DNA of 49,807 bases, counting the filler, from Bipalium vagum (Eukaryota), in NCBI GenBank assembly GCA_037834085.1. It is 3 parts of 3 records of this genome, joined end to end, with 100 filler letters (N's around TTAATTAATTAA, not from the genome) between each part and the next. Parts side by side here need not be neighbours in the genome. Positions count along the whole stretch, not along the records: positions 15,921 to 33,569 come from JBBMKC010057354.1; positions 33,670 to 49,807 come from JBBMKC010125401.1; 1 more part is not named here. The stretch is one strand, 5' to 3'. The notes beneath the pieces are model-generated. The model did no database searches. It worked only from the letters and a program-made list of their open reading frames with translations, and was not told the origin of the DNA. Shown in pieces: positions 25,157 through 38,070 of this stretch (its first letter is position 1; each line of letters begins with the position of its first letter). A program made the position numbers and the translations under genes.

Positions 25157-27307
25157 TAAAATTTCGTAGAAGCTTCTAATAGTTTAAATATTTTATCATA
25201 AAATTATAGAATTTTAATAAAATTCCGTTTTAATTTTCAGATATTGAAAAATAAATATCAAAACACTTTTAAGCATTTTATAAAAAATCGACTAGTGAAA
25301 ATATAAAAAATATTTTTATTTTATTTTATTAATTTAGTTTTTATTTTAATTGAAAACAATATTAAAATACATTAATTACAGGGTGCGTGCGATATTTTCG
25401 GAATAAATTTGAACGTTAAATACAATGTTATTTTAATGTTGTCATTTAAAATTTAAATCAGTTTTATATAAAGAAAAGTATTTATTAAAAAATTCCATTA
25501 CAAAATAAAACATTTGTTTAAATATGTCAAAACAATTCGAGATAAGAGCGGCCATATTGGTTTGTCTTCGTGCTGAAAGATCAGTAAAAGAAATTTCAGA
25601 ATTCTGCAACATCACATACAGCACAGTTTATGATGTCAAAAAACGTTTTGAAAATGAAATGGGATGTTGAAAGACAATCAAGCATATTACTCCTGATAGA
25701 GCATCACATAAGAGAAGGTGAGACCGATTGGGGAGTGATGTCATAGCAAAAGTGCAAACTATCATCGATAATGATCCTGGCCGGCTGCAGAGAAACTCTG
25801 ATTTTTTCTTCAAATTTCATAAAATTGTTTAGTAAATTTTTATCAGCTGATGCATTATTTGAACAAAGAAGTCTCCTAATAGTATCAAGACAATCAACAA
25901 TTTCTTTTTTTTACTTGGAATATGCACTAGCTCATTGACAGATTTCACCTCACCTGAAGATAAAGTATTCTTATTCACAATTTCCACAATGTCTTCCGTA
26001 TTCAGCTCCTTCCAAATGTCAATATTATCATGTATTTATAAATATTATTATAATAATTATTATTATAAAATTTATATTATATTATACTATATATTATTAA
26101 GTATTATTAAAATATATTATATGAAATATTAAACATTCTATAATATTTTACTTTAAAAATCATTACAAAAAATTGAGAAAAATATTAAAAAATTATGTTG
26201 AAAAAATTAATGTAAAATATAAAGGTCAAAAATGTTAAAAAATAAATTCCGATGATAAAAGAAAATGAAGAGTGTAATATTTTCATAAAAATTTCAAGGT
26301 AACATTAGATAAATTAAAGTTTAGGAAATTAATTTATATAATGGTAACGGTTTTAGTAACTTACATAGCCAGGTTGTTATGGTGAGCTTTGTCGATTTTG
26401 GCTCCCTCTATCATAAGAAAATAACCCCTTGGATTTTTCTTCAGAATATCTATAGCAACCTTGGTCATCTCTTCTAAAGTTGGGTCTTCCTGGTTTTCAT
26501 CAATGTATTTCAAGTTTCCGTATTCAAATAATCCTGAAAGGTTCTTTACTTACAGATACAAATGGAAAAGGATACCTAATACGTAATCTGTGGTCTTAAG
26601 ATCAATATTACGAAACTGAGTACGATTCCATAAAAATTGGGCATTATTTTTACTTTTCATTTTACTTTTCCACTTCTCAATTAAGTCCTGACCATCTTGG
26701 CGCAATCCTTTTCTATTGAGGTATTCAGGATCATTTTTTGTTTTTGGCAGGAAGTACTTTCTCCCACCTCCCATCACAACGTTAAATTGATGGGCCTTAT
26801 CAAAGAATTGGGAGGCTATATCTTTCACTGAGCACTTTTTCGCTACTCTGAAAGAATACATGTTTTTTATCAATTTAAACAAAAACCTTTTTTGATATAT
26901 ACTAAAGAAAACAATAGAAATTTGAGTACCCAGGAAATGTATTTTTGTTCATTAAAGAAAAATGTGGAAGGTCATTAATCAAAATAAAGCATGTAAATGA
27001 ATCCAAAAAAATTGCTTAAAATTAAAAGGAAATTCGATTTTCAACCACATTTTATGGAGAAGAGTTTACATTTTAGTGCCTTATAAAGCAACATACCGAT
27101 GAGTCCAGCTTCTAGACGGTGTTGATGCGTACAAAGCAGCTGGTGTTGCCCCAACAATCGAAGAAGTTGTGACAAAACCCACCGACTTTCCTTGGTCGTA
27201 AAACATCTTGGCAATGGTTGTTAATTCATGCTCCTTCTGATATGAGCTACAGTTTTTATAAAGAACTTTTGAAGACAGACCCAAAACTCCACAGTTTACT
27301 TTCGTTC
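23121..27307 (-). CDS. Alkaline phosphatase (animal type, GPI-anchor signal), 5'-incomplete; exons 27307-27097, 26847-26576, 26533-26365, 25118-24956, 23492-23121
   Basis: Open spliced frame: [114 protein letters not shown], then a hydrophobic tail and TAA at 23121-23123. Confidence 0.93.
23940..24590 (+). mobile_element. Highly degenerate mariner fragment in ALP intron
   Basis: Remnants [19 protein letters not shown] and LWDQK in mariner order. Confidence 0.55.
25378..25830 (+). mobile_element. Tc1/mariner-superfamily 5' fragment in ALP intron
   Basis: TA|CAGGGTG terminus; HTH-like remnant [25 protein letters not shown]. Confidence 0.5.
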
Positions 27308-27490
27308 CTGAAATGAGGTTTTATAGAACTTTGTCACAATGCATGTTCAAAATGTCTCAATATTCGTCTCTCTGTTTAATTAAGACATTTTAATTTTCAA
27401 ACAAACATATATTATTCAAGGCGCTCTATCTCCGAATAGATTTCGTAATCAGGAATTTACCGTTTCCTAATACGGATTGTCTTTTACATT

Positions 27491-28785
27491 TAATATCAGG
27501 TAACGTTTTTCGTTTTTTCAGTTGTTTAACTTTGTTAGCCCTTTGATTCTGATTTATCTACCGATTTAAATTTTCTTTGTTGTAGTTTGCTGCTTCAACA
27601 TGTGAGTTTCAAATTTACTACATAATTAATGTTATTATTAAATTATTAATTATCCTCTAGAATAGGTGCTCCAAAAGTTTGCTGGACAAATCACAAATTC
27701 GAGCAATTATTTATTACGATTGGAAAAATAACACAAGGACAAATGAAATTGTCTCAAAACTTAACGAAGTTCTTGGTGAAGGAACCATATAACTGCGAAC
27801 AGTGCAAAATTGGTTCAAAAAATTCAAGTGGAGATTTTTCATTGGAAGACAAAGAGATGTCTGGAAGGTCAAAGTTGCAGGGTTATCAAGTTATGGACCT
27901 TCTTGAACAAATCAGATTAATTACTGCTAAACAAATCGCTTCTGAGTTAAATATTCGCGATACAATCATAAGAAACCGACTAAAAGTGTTAGGAGTCACT
28001 TGTAAACTCGATAAATGGGTTCCATACCAACTAGCTGAAAACACAAGTTAGATCGCATTGAAATTTGTTCAAGACCTCTCGAAAGAAACCGAAATGATTC
28101 TTTTCTCGACCGGATAGTCACTTGCGATGAAAAGTGGATCTATCATGACAACATAACCAGACGAAGATCGTGATCGTTAAAAGGAGAGCCTCCGAAAAAA
28201 TTGAATAAAGCAACCTTACACGAAACAAGGTTCTTCTATGCATTTGGTGGGATTCTCGTGGAATTATTTATCAGGAGTTTCTCAAATCCGGGAGACCATT
28301 AATTCTTATGTCTATTGTGAAATGCTAAGTAGAGTTCATGCCATTATGAAAGAAAACCGGAGCAGTTTGATAAACTGAAAACAAGTAAATTTCCACCAAG
28401 CCTCACAAATAAATGAGGACATTGAAGGTTGATAAGGAATTGAACTGGATTCTAAGAAAACATCAGCCATATGGTTCCGATATCTCTCCACCCGATTTTT
28501 ATTTATTCCGGGTATTACAGAATCACTTGACGAGTAAAAATTTTAAGAGTTCCGAAGATATAAAGAATGAAGTACATTTTTTTTTCATTCAAAAGATCGA
28601 GATTTCTTTAATACTGGGATCAATAAACTTCTAAATAAATGGAAACCATTAATAGAAAACGATAAGGAATATCTGGATGATTAATTGTTTAATAATGTTT
28701 TATAATTATTAAATTAAATTTAACTTCAGCCTTAGTTTAGTTTTTAATTAATAAACGATAACACTTAGTTCGTTGCCTGATATTA
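27491..28785 (+). mobile_element. Near full-length mariner (DD34D), inactivated
   Basis: Inverted ends TAATATCAGGTAACG / CGTTGCCTGATATTA, ~1.3 kb apart. Motifs RTVQNWFKKF, KLDKWVPYQL, RIVTCDEKWIYHDN, LCIWWDSRG, QPYGSDISPPDFYLF. Multiple stops and frameshifts. Confidence 0.93.
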
Positions 28786-30689
28786 GATGTAGCAATTAAT
28801 TCCTTTGTGTCATATTTATTTCAAGCATCAGATTGTTTATGGATTTAATTTGATTTATTTAAAAACTTTGATTTTTAAAATGAAAAATATTAATATTGAA
28901 ATCTAAGTAAAATTGAAATAAATTTAACTGAAACCACTACCATTTTCCCCCTACTATAAGAAATCTCCTGTTTATAAGGCACACATTCATTTTGTGTTTC
29001 TTATTAATAATAATAATCCTTATTACTATTATGGTTTAACCTAATTAGGGTGTTGTCATTGGTTAATTTACTATTGGATATAATAATTGATTAATAGTGT
29101 GATGATGTACTTTTTGTTAAGTTACATTACTTCAAAAATTGTTATAAATCATGTAATAGGAGTAGTGAATAAATAAATACCGTTCATATTTAATTTTCTT
29201 TTGATTTATTTGAATTATAATTTATAAGGCCAATAAAGTCAAAATTTTACAGTTTATAGGTCAATTTTTAGTAATTAATAGGTCAAAACGTTAGGTCAAT
29301 TTCAATGATTTTTAGGTCAATTTTTTGGGAGCCTTAATAATAAGTATAAAAGAAAGAATCTGTTGACATAAGGTCTGGGATATGCAGAGCATGTTGAAGA
29401 ACCTCAAGATGGAATATAGAAGGGTGGTTTTTTTCAGTGTCTTGAAAGTTGAATGTGCTATTTTTGAATTCTTTATAACAATATTTTGTAATAGTTCAGA
29501 CCAAAACATGTTTTCTGTACACATTAAAAATTTCCAGGACTCCCTTACAATCCTCTGATGCTGATTAATACAGCATTAAATGACGGGAATGGTGTTTCTA
29601 ATTAATGTAAAATTTAAATAAAATGAGATGATATAATAAAGTTACTATTCTTTAAAATTTCAGAAAAGATCTTTCAAAAAATGTATTTGGCATTAATTAA
29701 ATAAGATACCCTAAAACAAAATCATAAAATAATAAAATCACGAAAAATTTTGTTTGTTTTTTTGTTATAAGAATGGAATAGAGCATTTTAATCATATTGA
29801 TTGGTCATGTTCAGATAAATTTTCTTCGGTTGAATATCGTGAATATTCGCTTCTATGAAGGAAAGACAATTAATAATTTCCTAAAAACGCGAGGAGTCAA
29901 AGAGACGATGATACCTAATTATTTCTCTGATCTCTATCCAACAGAAAATATATTTGGATGTTGAAATTGGACCTAATTAGATCCAGGGCTAAAACCAGAG
30001 ATTAGTTGAAGAATACTATTAATATTTTTCAAGGCATGGGTACTTAGAATGAATATTATCATAGTTTCAGGTCAATTATTAATGCAATTATCAATATATA
30101 AGAAAATTAAATGAGCTGTACTCATTGTTTGTAATACTTTGATTATTTTCTCATCTTTAATATTTGTGCTTGAAAGCGGTTTACATTATCTTTACAGGCT
30201 TTGATCTTCTTTCTTGGTTATACTAAAATATGGATATTTTCATAAAATGAAATGTATTAATTTTCTTAATTCAGACAATTTTTAAAGTTTTATTAAAAAA
30301 AAGGCTTAAGAGTAGTCAATGACTTCAAAGATGAAAAAACAATGCAAGCTAACATTGTTTATAAATTTCACTATGATCATTTATACATATTACATGCACA
30401 GCGTCACCTCAAAACTTGGTTAACATCATTACAAAACCTAAATATTTTATCTCAAAAATACTCAACATTGATTATATTAGGTCATTAAGTATGAAATGTC
30501 AGACTTTTAGTCAATCTTTTGATTTAAAATATAAAAAGTAAAACTCCATATATTTTTTCAAAATAATCGACTTTGGATTGGGTCTGGACACTTTAAATTT
30601 ATCCAACTATTAAGATGATTGCCTGCTATTATCGATTTAAAATCAATTTTTTGTCGCACGTCACGATAAGTTGAAGAAACGGTTTGATT

Positions 30690-30885
30690 TTCTGTCGTAA
30701 CAACAAAATTCACATTTGAGCGTTAATGTCACTTTTTAACATAGTCCACTCCCCGTTCAATGCACATACGCCACCACTTAATTAGAGTCTGGAATCCATG
30801 GGAGAAGAAATCTTTTGGCTGACTACGAATCCACTGATAAACTGCTTTTTTGAGCTCTACGTCTGAATCTAAATTTAAGTTAGAT
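30690..30885 (-). mobile_element. Mariner transposase C-terminal fragment
   Basis: DSDVELKKAVYQWIRSQPKDFFSHGFQTLIKWWRMCIERGVDYVKK*. Confidence 0.8.
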
Positions 30886-31655
30886 ATACTGCCATCATTT
30901 TAATGCAATTGTTAAAACAAATGCGATATTAATCATGGGTATGAGTTTTTTTATTTATTATTAATGTGTTTACTTATAAAATAAAAGTTATATCAAATCT
31001 TTACAAAAGTTTTTTATTTTTTACAGGTAATTTAAGAATTATTTTTGACTGACCCTTGTACTTATTTTTACTTAAAAGAGTTCTTGTCCATATAAAGGTG
31101 AAGCAAGCATAATTACCGTTTTAATAAAAATAATTTCTTGGTGCAGAAATTACTTATTTTGGTTATTCTTTTACATTTTTGATTAAAAAGGTCGCAAACA
31201 TCAGTATTAAGCATTAAAAATTATTTAAGACTAATGAGTACTCAACAATTAGAAAATATTAGTGTTCCTATTCAAGTAAAAGATATATTTTTAAAAATTA
31301 AATGAATTTAATTCAAAAGTCGGTCTCATCTATCGAATTAATGCAAGACTGGTATGTGCTTAGGGTTTTCTCTTTCTCCTCAGATTACATACTTAACCAA
31401 GACGAAATTTAAAGAAATCGTCTTTGACATTAAAAGTAGTTCAAAAGTTTTGTTTATCACTGATGGTTGCTAATTATACTTGGAAGTAATATAATATTTA
31501 TCATTCATCTGTAGTCTAATTAGGATCTTGCATCTGACTATTAGACCACATTGAAATTAAGCTGAGAGTATCTTAAACTCTTTCTTGCTGACTTTTCTGA
31601 ACCAATTTAAAAGATAATATTTATACATTCTTATAAAACCATAAAAAATAATATA

Positions 31656-32842
31656 TTGAGTAGTCTAAAAAGTTTCCGCCGATTTTGGTAAAATAAAAAA
31701 GTTAGAAAAATACAGTCGATTTGAAAATGTTATTAAATTATCATTTTGATCGACAATATCTTGCCATTTTTTTGGTAAAGCCAAAATTCCTTTACTGTAA
31801 ACCTTTTTTGATTGGCAAAAAAGTGAGATAAGTGTTTGTCGCAATCCTCTTTGGAATTTAATTTTACACCATTAAGGGAGTTCTGCAATGAGCGGAAAAG
31901 ATGATAGTTTGACGGTGCTATATCAGCAGTATATCAAGAACCCTCAATTTTTGCTGCGTCATGAAAGATACACGTGGTCTGGCGTTGTCATAGTGAAACA
32001 CAATGCCTTTCCTATTGATTAATTCTGGACGCTTTCTTTTAATTTCCTGATGTACTCTTGTCAACTGTTCACAGTAGATAACTGAGTTTATTTTTTGTAC
32101 TGGTTGGAGTAATTCATAATGGACTATTCTCTTGTAATCCCACCAGACACAGAGCATTAACTTCCTTGGTTTGTGAGGTCATACCACATTTTGTCCAAGA
32201 CCTTTTTCGTATGTTATTATCGTACTTGATCCATTTTTCGTCACATGTAATAAGACGTTTCAAAAATGGAATGATCATGTTTTTATTCAACAATGTTTGG
32301 CATATTGAAATTCGGTCTTTCAAATTCTTTTCAGTTTCTTTGTATATTCACATTTCTCAAAATGATTTAAAACTGTTTGATGATGAATCCCCATTTTCCT
32401 GGCTGCTTATATTCCTGTCTTCTTTCACCTTCCTAATTATTTTATCGACTTTTCACAAATTGGTCGGCCAGAACGAGGTGCGTGTTTGACATCAAAATTT
32501 CCGGAACGAAATTTAGAGAGCCATTCACGGACTGTTCTATTCGAAAGAACATGCGCTCCATAAACAGTATTAATCTTTTTAGTTATCTGTGTAGCATTTA
32601 TACCTTTCAAGAAATAAAATTTCATTATGTATCGCATTTCTTCTTTATTTATATCCATTTCTGAAGATGAATAAAATTTTATTAATTAATCAAAATGCCT
32701 ACTTTTTAAAGTTATTTGAATGCTAGGATTATAATAAATTATAAAATCATATATTAAAACAAAATCAATTTCAATCAAACTAAATAAAGAACATTTTCAC
32801 CGTCTATTAACAAAATCGGGGGAAACTTCTTAGACTACTCAA
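31656..32842 (-). mobile_element. Mariner (DD34D) with ~33-bp TIRs and TA duplication, inactivated
   Basis: TA|TTGAGTAGTCTAAAAAGTTTCCGCCGATTTTG ... CAAAATCGGGGGAAACTTCTTAGACTACTCAA|TA. ORFs carry RTVREWLSKFRSGNFD..PRSGRP, ITCDEKWIKYDN, LCVWWD, FHYDNARP and DIAPSNYHLFRSL. Confidence 0.95.
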
Positions 32843-33494
32843 TATCTTAGTTTAATGTTATCAATGCTATTATTTCATAAAATTCAGATCTTAACACCAT
32901 GTTCTGTCAAAATAAAAAGTCGATAATAAAATTGCAATACAGGTATAGTTAATAAAAAAAATCATTATCTCAAGCCTTAATTTTACGGGGTTCTTCTACT
33001 ACAACTTGATAGATTTTACTCTGACCTTTTCAGCAAAGATTTTTTGCATTTTATACTAACAAATTCTTGCCGTAGATATCTGATGAAATCTCCATGACCA
33101 TTTGTCTTAATTGGACATTGTACGATGTCTCCTAAAGTAAATAAGTGATTCTCGTTCCTCACTTATTACTTCGTACAAAGCAGCAATACAAAAAACAGAA
33201 ACAATTGGTTATTGTTATTAAGAGATAATTAAAAACTGAATTTACTTATCACATATACAGATTACCTGAGGTATTTATATACACCTGAGTAATCTTATCC
33301 ATCGACGACAAATGGGTGAAAGGCGTAGCAAAATGCTTATTCATATATTCAGTTCACATTTAATAAATAGTAGAGAAACTGAAAGACAAAAACTTATTTT
33401 AATGTGGAAATGTTGTTTTTATCAATTCGAAATATTAAACAATGATAAACAGGTTTGCTAATCAAGAATATAATTAAAGTTACGATGAAAATAT

Positions 33495-33510
33495 ATTATT
33501 ATTATTATTA

Positions 33511-33569
<59 letters not shown>
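33495..33569. repeat. (ATT/TAA)n microsatellite at contig end
   Basis: Nearly pure att run leading into the N spacer. Confidence 0.97.
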
Positions 33570-33669
33570 NNNNNNNNNNNNNNNNNNNNNNNNNNNNNNN
33601 NNNNNNNNNNNNNTTAATTAATTAANNNNNNNNNNNNNNNNNNNNNNNNNNNNNNNNNNNNNNNNNNNN
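33570..33669. other. Artificial 100-nt assembly spacer
   Basis: 44 N + TTAATTAATTAA + 44 N. Confidence 0.95.
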
Positions 33670-33872
33670 CAAAGAGAGTCAGAAATGATTTTACGAGTAG
33701 AATCGCATGATGTTGTCAAGAGACGAAAACCTTGTACAATACATTGCGTAGAATATTCATCACGCAAATCAGTTAAATCAGCTTCTCCATTTTCGATAGG
33801 AGAATAGAGGTAATTAGACTCGGCTTGTGGTGGTAGTTTCAGGACTTTTTTTAAGTAGGTAAGTAAGTTCAA
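33670..33872 (-). mobile_element. Non-LTR retrotransposon fragment (R2/NeSL/R4-like, post-RT thumb region), runs into the gap
   Basis: LKKVLKLPPQAESNYLYSPIENGEADLTDLRDEY..IVQGFRLLTTSCD resembles the K..L.LP....Y.Y.P...GG.GL motif of RLE-type elements. Confidence 0.6.
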
Positions 33873-33930
33873 TAGAACTGTATTTGAGTGACTTTAGAGT
33901 TAATTGTGAGAAGTCTATATATGTTTTTAG

Positions 33931-34123
33931 GGTACTATACACACTATACAGGGTTTTTTTACGTTTTACAAAAAAACCATGCATACACATCTCCAGTTGT
34001 TGTTTTGTTATATATTCATACACATATGTAGTGTGTATAAATATACTAAATACAAAAAAACCCTGCATTTTTTAGTGTGCATATAAATACACACTATACA
34101 GGGTTTTTTTGTACAATAGTACC
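33931..34123. repeat. Modular foldback/MITE-like repeat
   Basis: Terminal GGTACTAT...ATAGTACC. Two direct copies of tacacactatacagggttttttt, plus inverted copies (aaaaaaaccatgcat, aaaaaaaccctgcat, tagtgtgta). Confidence 0.7.
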
Positions 34124-35049
34124 GTTTGTAGTACCTGAATCGATTGCTCCACGTATAAAATTTCTGCAGCTCATATTCTGATATGCAAGCCACCAACTTT
34201 AATAGAATTAATGTAATGATCTTTCTCTTAACACTTATGTCGTAGGAAGATAAAAAAATTATATCAACCGAACAGAAACTTATTTCTATAAATGTTTTAA
34301 TTGGTGGTGTTCACGAAATATCATGTGGAACCAAAATTAAAAACAACAAAACAAGTCTGAGAATAAAATAAAATACAAAAAGAGAAATCGAAGTGAACAA
34401 AAATATGTTATAGTCTTGAGCCGAATTAAAAAAATAAACCAAGTCTTGAATAAATGTTTATCTCTTTTACTAAATTGTTTATAACTAAAATTTTGTTAAT
34501 TTAAGAAATTTAATGTAATATAAGATATTTGTATGATTTAAAAATTTTTAACTATTAGTTATGAATATTTTCAATTATGATGTAATTATAATAAAAAATA
34601 TACAAAAATACCTGAAACCAACAAGATATCCATATATATAATTCCGTTCATTATACTTCAGAATCGAATATAGTTTAATTAGATATTATCAAAATAATGT
34701 CAATAGATTTTAAAGATCATTTCATTAATTCAGATTAACAGTACTTAATCAACAGTAATTAGTTAAAAGGATAGTTAAATAAATCACAAAAATAAACAAA
34801 ATGTAAAAATATTCAAAAATTTTAAGTTTTAAACAAATAAGTAAATGTTATTAATTTACAAAAATTGAAATTATGAAAAATAAAATTTTATGAATATCTC
34901 TAAAATTTATTAATTAATTTTAAAAATTATAGAATTTTTTGAATAATGTTCTGTTAAGCAACTAATATAAATGAAGTTTTAAAATATCTTTAAAATTATT
35001 AGTAAATTCAACTTAAAAGTTTATGATAAGCTGTATGATGATTTGATGT

Positions 35050-35790
35050 TTTTCCTATCTTAAATTCGTAATTTGAAAATTTTTATCACGACGCACAATC
35101 GTTTTTACTTTGAAAGCGATATTGCCTGTAGATACAAAACTTATGAAATTATCATCTGCGTAACACTATAACTACTTTAGCGAGAGATTCAAGTTGGTAT
35201 CCGGTTCTGATTCATTTAAAAAGTACAAAAGGTGATGAGGATCATTTTTATAGACGACTTCCTCAATATGTTTTGGACTGAAACACGACTCCTTACCGAA
35301 CTCTGCATAGATTTCGGGTACTTCTACTAAACACATAGAATTTAGAAATAGAATGATATAACGGTCGATTAAAATGAAGAAATTCGTCTATCAATACTTT
35401 ACTCTCTCTATCATGTACATAGAAAATCACAAAAACCATAATTGACTGCACCATAACATACATTTTTAAACATCGGCTATTGGCTGATCTTGCTTTTGTT
35501 TGAGGCATGTCCTAAGCACTGCCTACACTGCCTTATTTCTCATAAAAATCAGTTTTACTCATACCAATATTATGCATATGTCATCAATACCGTCTTCCCT
35601 CGTTGCTCATACATTCACAATTCCTCTCTACAAGCTTGGGAAATGTCATCATTTTTGTTTTTAGTAATTCTTTTGTAAACTCACTCTTTCAAATACTTTT
35701 TGAAAAAAACATAACAATATAGTTTGACAGTAAAATGTCAATGATATCAAATTTCTAAGTTGAAAAAAAACACGGTTTTGTTTCGGTTAA
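35050..35790 (-). mobile_element. Very degenerate mariner remnant
   Basis: The 5' flank tagtttgacagtaaaat.tcaa is shared with the element at ~46040. FYE..RQ and VMV..F..VLIDEFL resemble the mariner catalytic region. Confidence 0.45.
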
Positions 35791-37336
35791 GTAAACTTCA
35801 CCTTTTGGTGAAATTATTTATTTTTTCACGAAGAGAGTCGACACAATTGTTTGAATTTTCTTCTTATGTTTTAAATCAATAACAGGTCTGAATAATTTTT
35901 AAAAAATAAATTAAATCAGGGAATTATTTCCAAATCTTTTTCATAGTTGTTTCCTTTTTTGACATTTTCTCTTTGAAATTGTGAAAATATTGCTGCTTAT
36001 AAACGTTTCTGAAAATAGCTCAGATTTTCAGAACGAAATTTTTGCTAATTAATTTTTTATAATTAAAAATTCCTACTCGCAAATTTCATATAATATAATT
36101 ACAATGAAAGTGAAATTATTCAATAATATAAAAAGCTGGAAGGTGCTGACTTGACGAGAAACAAAAATACTTTCATGATTATTATTAGTCATTAAAATAA
36201 TAATTTATCATTATGTGATGAAAATAATAGTATTTTAGGTTACTCAAAGGTGCTTCGGAGTTTCAAGTAATAGTCAATATAAATGTATACATTTTTCTTT
36301 CATTTACAAGGTATTTCTGAGATGTGGGGAAGAACATCTTACATAAAATTTTTAGTTTTTGGCCACCTAATGACACTAGAAGACTGAAACAGGAATTTAT
36401 TTCGCCGAAATAATCTTTTTAAAACATTATTATTTTTTTGACGGAATTTTATTTTCTTTGTTTTTGCAGAAATAAAAAGTTAATACAAACTTATTTTTTG
36501 TGGAAGTTATTTTTTATCAGACTTTGCATGTCTCCAACTTGAATCGATAATATTAGAGTGACCTATATAATATATATAACCTATTTTTTACACTGATTAC
36601 GAACAACCGACCACCTTCTGGTTCAAAGCACCAAAATCCCGAATTTCTTCGACATAGTTACTGCGGTAATATTTGTGTTTTCGAAAGTGATTTCGTTGAT
36701 TTCGCTAGTTTTTTCAATTCCATCTAACTTTTATTTGAACATATTTTGACGAAGAAGTTACATAACCCAATTATTTTTAAAATAATAGATGAAATTAATA
36801 AACTTAAATGTTATCCTTCGAAAATTGTGTCATGACGTTTGTAATATGCCAGAGTTCTTGTTTTCGGATGACAACTTTATTAAAATATACAATGTATGTA
36901 TGTCCAATAGAAGCCGTCTAGTACAATGTTGCTCACTGTGATTTTCTTTATTTTTTAGCAGTTCGGATATTTTTGGACTTTTTAAAATTGTTTTACATTT
37001 GTTATACATACTTATCAAAACACAAGTTTTTAAAACATTCCCTTAAAAAATTTTTTTAAAAATTACTTCCACAAAAATGTTTGCTTTATTTTGGCACATT
37101 CTGATGATACTTCATTACAAACTACAATGCATTGATGGTTCCATGAATTAAGTCTGGACGCGTCTCTTTCAGAGAAGACTGTCCAAAAACAAGTGTTGAA
37201 TATTGAAGTTTTTAAAAAAGTTACTGAAGATCGTCGCACAACGGATGATGAAATTCACAAATAATGAACATATCTCGGATCTCAGCTCATTCTATGTGAC
37301 ATGAACACTTTAATATAAATGAAATCTAGAATATAT

Positions 37337-38070
37337 AGATTGTATCAAAAGTTTCCAGGATCTTGATAATTTAATTGTCTTTTATCAAAATTTGTTACCA
37401 TTGGTGCCACTTCAAGGAGTATTTGTGATATTGAAGGAAGAGGTATGTTTGTCTAGAGCACAGTTTCAAATTGGTTAAAAAAAATTCATAACGCAGATAC
37501 TAGTCTCGAAAACAAGTCCCACCAAACAAGACCTTCTGTGATCAATGAAAGGGTTCTACACGAAGCATTAATTGATCACCCACATGTTTCCGCATACGAT
37601 TTACTTACAATGATTGAACAATCGCAAGAAACCATTGATCAAAATCTGAGAAATCTTGTTTACGATTATAAGTTCCTTGATTAGATCCACATGAGTTATT
37701 GGAAGGTTAGGTTCAAAATGAATTAGAAATCTGTACAGATCATTTACAAAATCCTACCTGACCGGTTTTAGTTATTACAGAGAAAAAAATGGATCAATCA
37801 AAGGAGAAATAAATATTGAGTGTATTACATGACCAACTTTTTGCAGCAACTTTTCAAAAAAATAGATTTTAGAAAAAGTAAAAATCAATGTTTGGTGAAA
37901 TATAAAGATGTAATTCATTTTGAGTTTGTATCACATGGTCGTGCTGTGAATACCGAGCTTATTTTTAAAAATAATAAATTACGTGTGGTTTATTGTTATT
38001 TTTTTTCCACATAATTTCATTAGAGCTTGTGTGAATTTTGAGTTTCCGGAAACCTTTAACAAAACCTAAT
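37337..38070 (+). mobile_element. Internally deleted mariner, same family as 45300-46140; a separate mariner 5' fragment precedes it (~37050-37320)
   Basis: STVSNWLKKF, ITEKKWI, VIHFEFVSHGRAVN. End gtatcaaaagtttcc with an imperfect inverse ggaaacctttaacaa. Long stretches are similar to the reverse complement of 45350-45900. Confidence 0.8.

Noticed and set aside
35100-35508. Apparent host gene with a 19-nt intron (GTAAGG...TTTCAG)
   Set aside because: Surrounding sequence looks like a decayed mariner; the frame join is probably coincidental.
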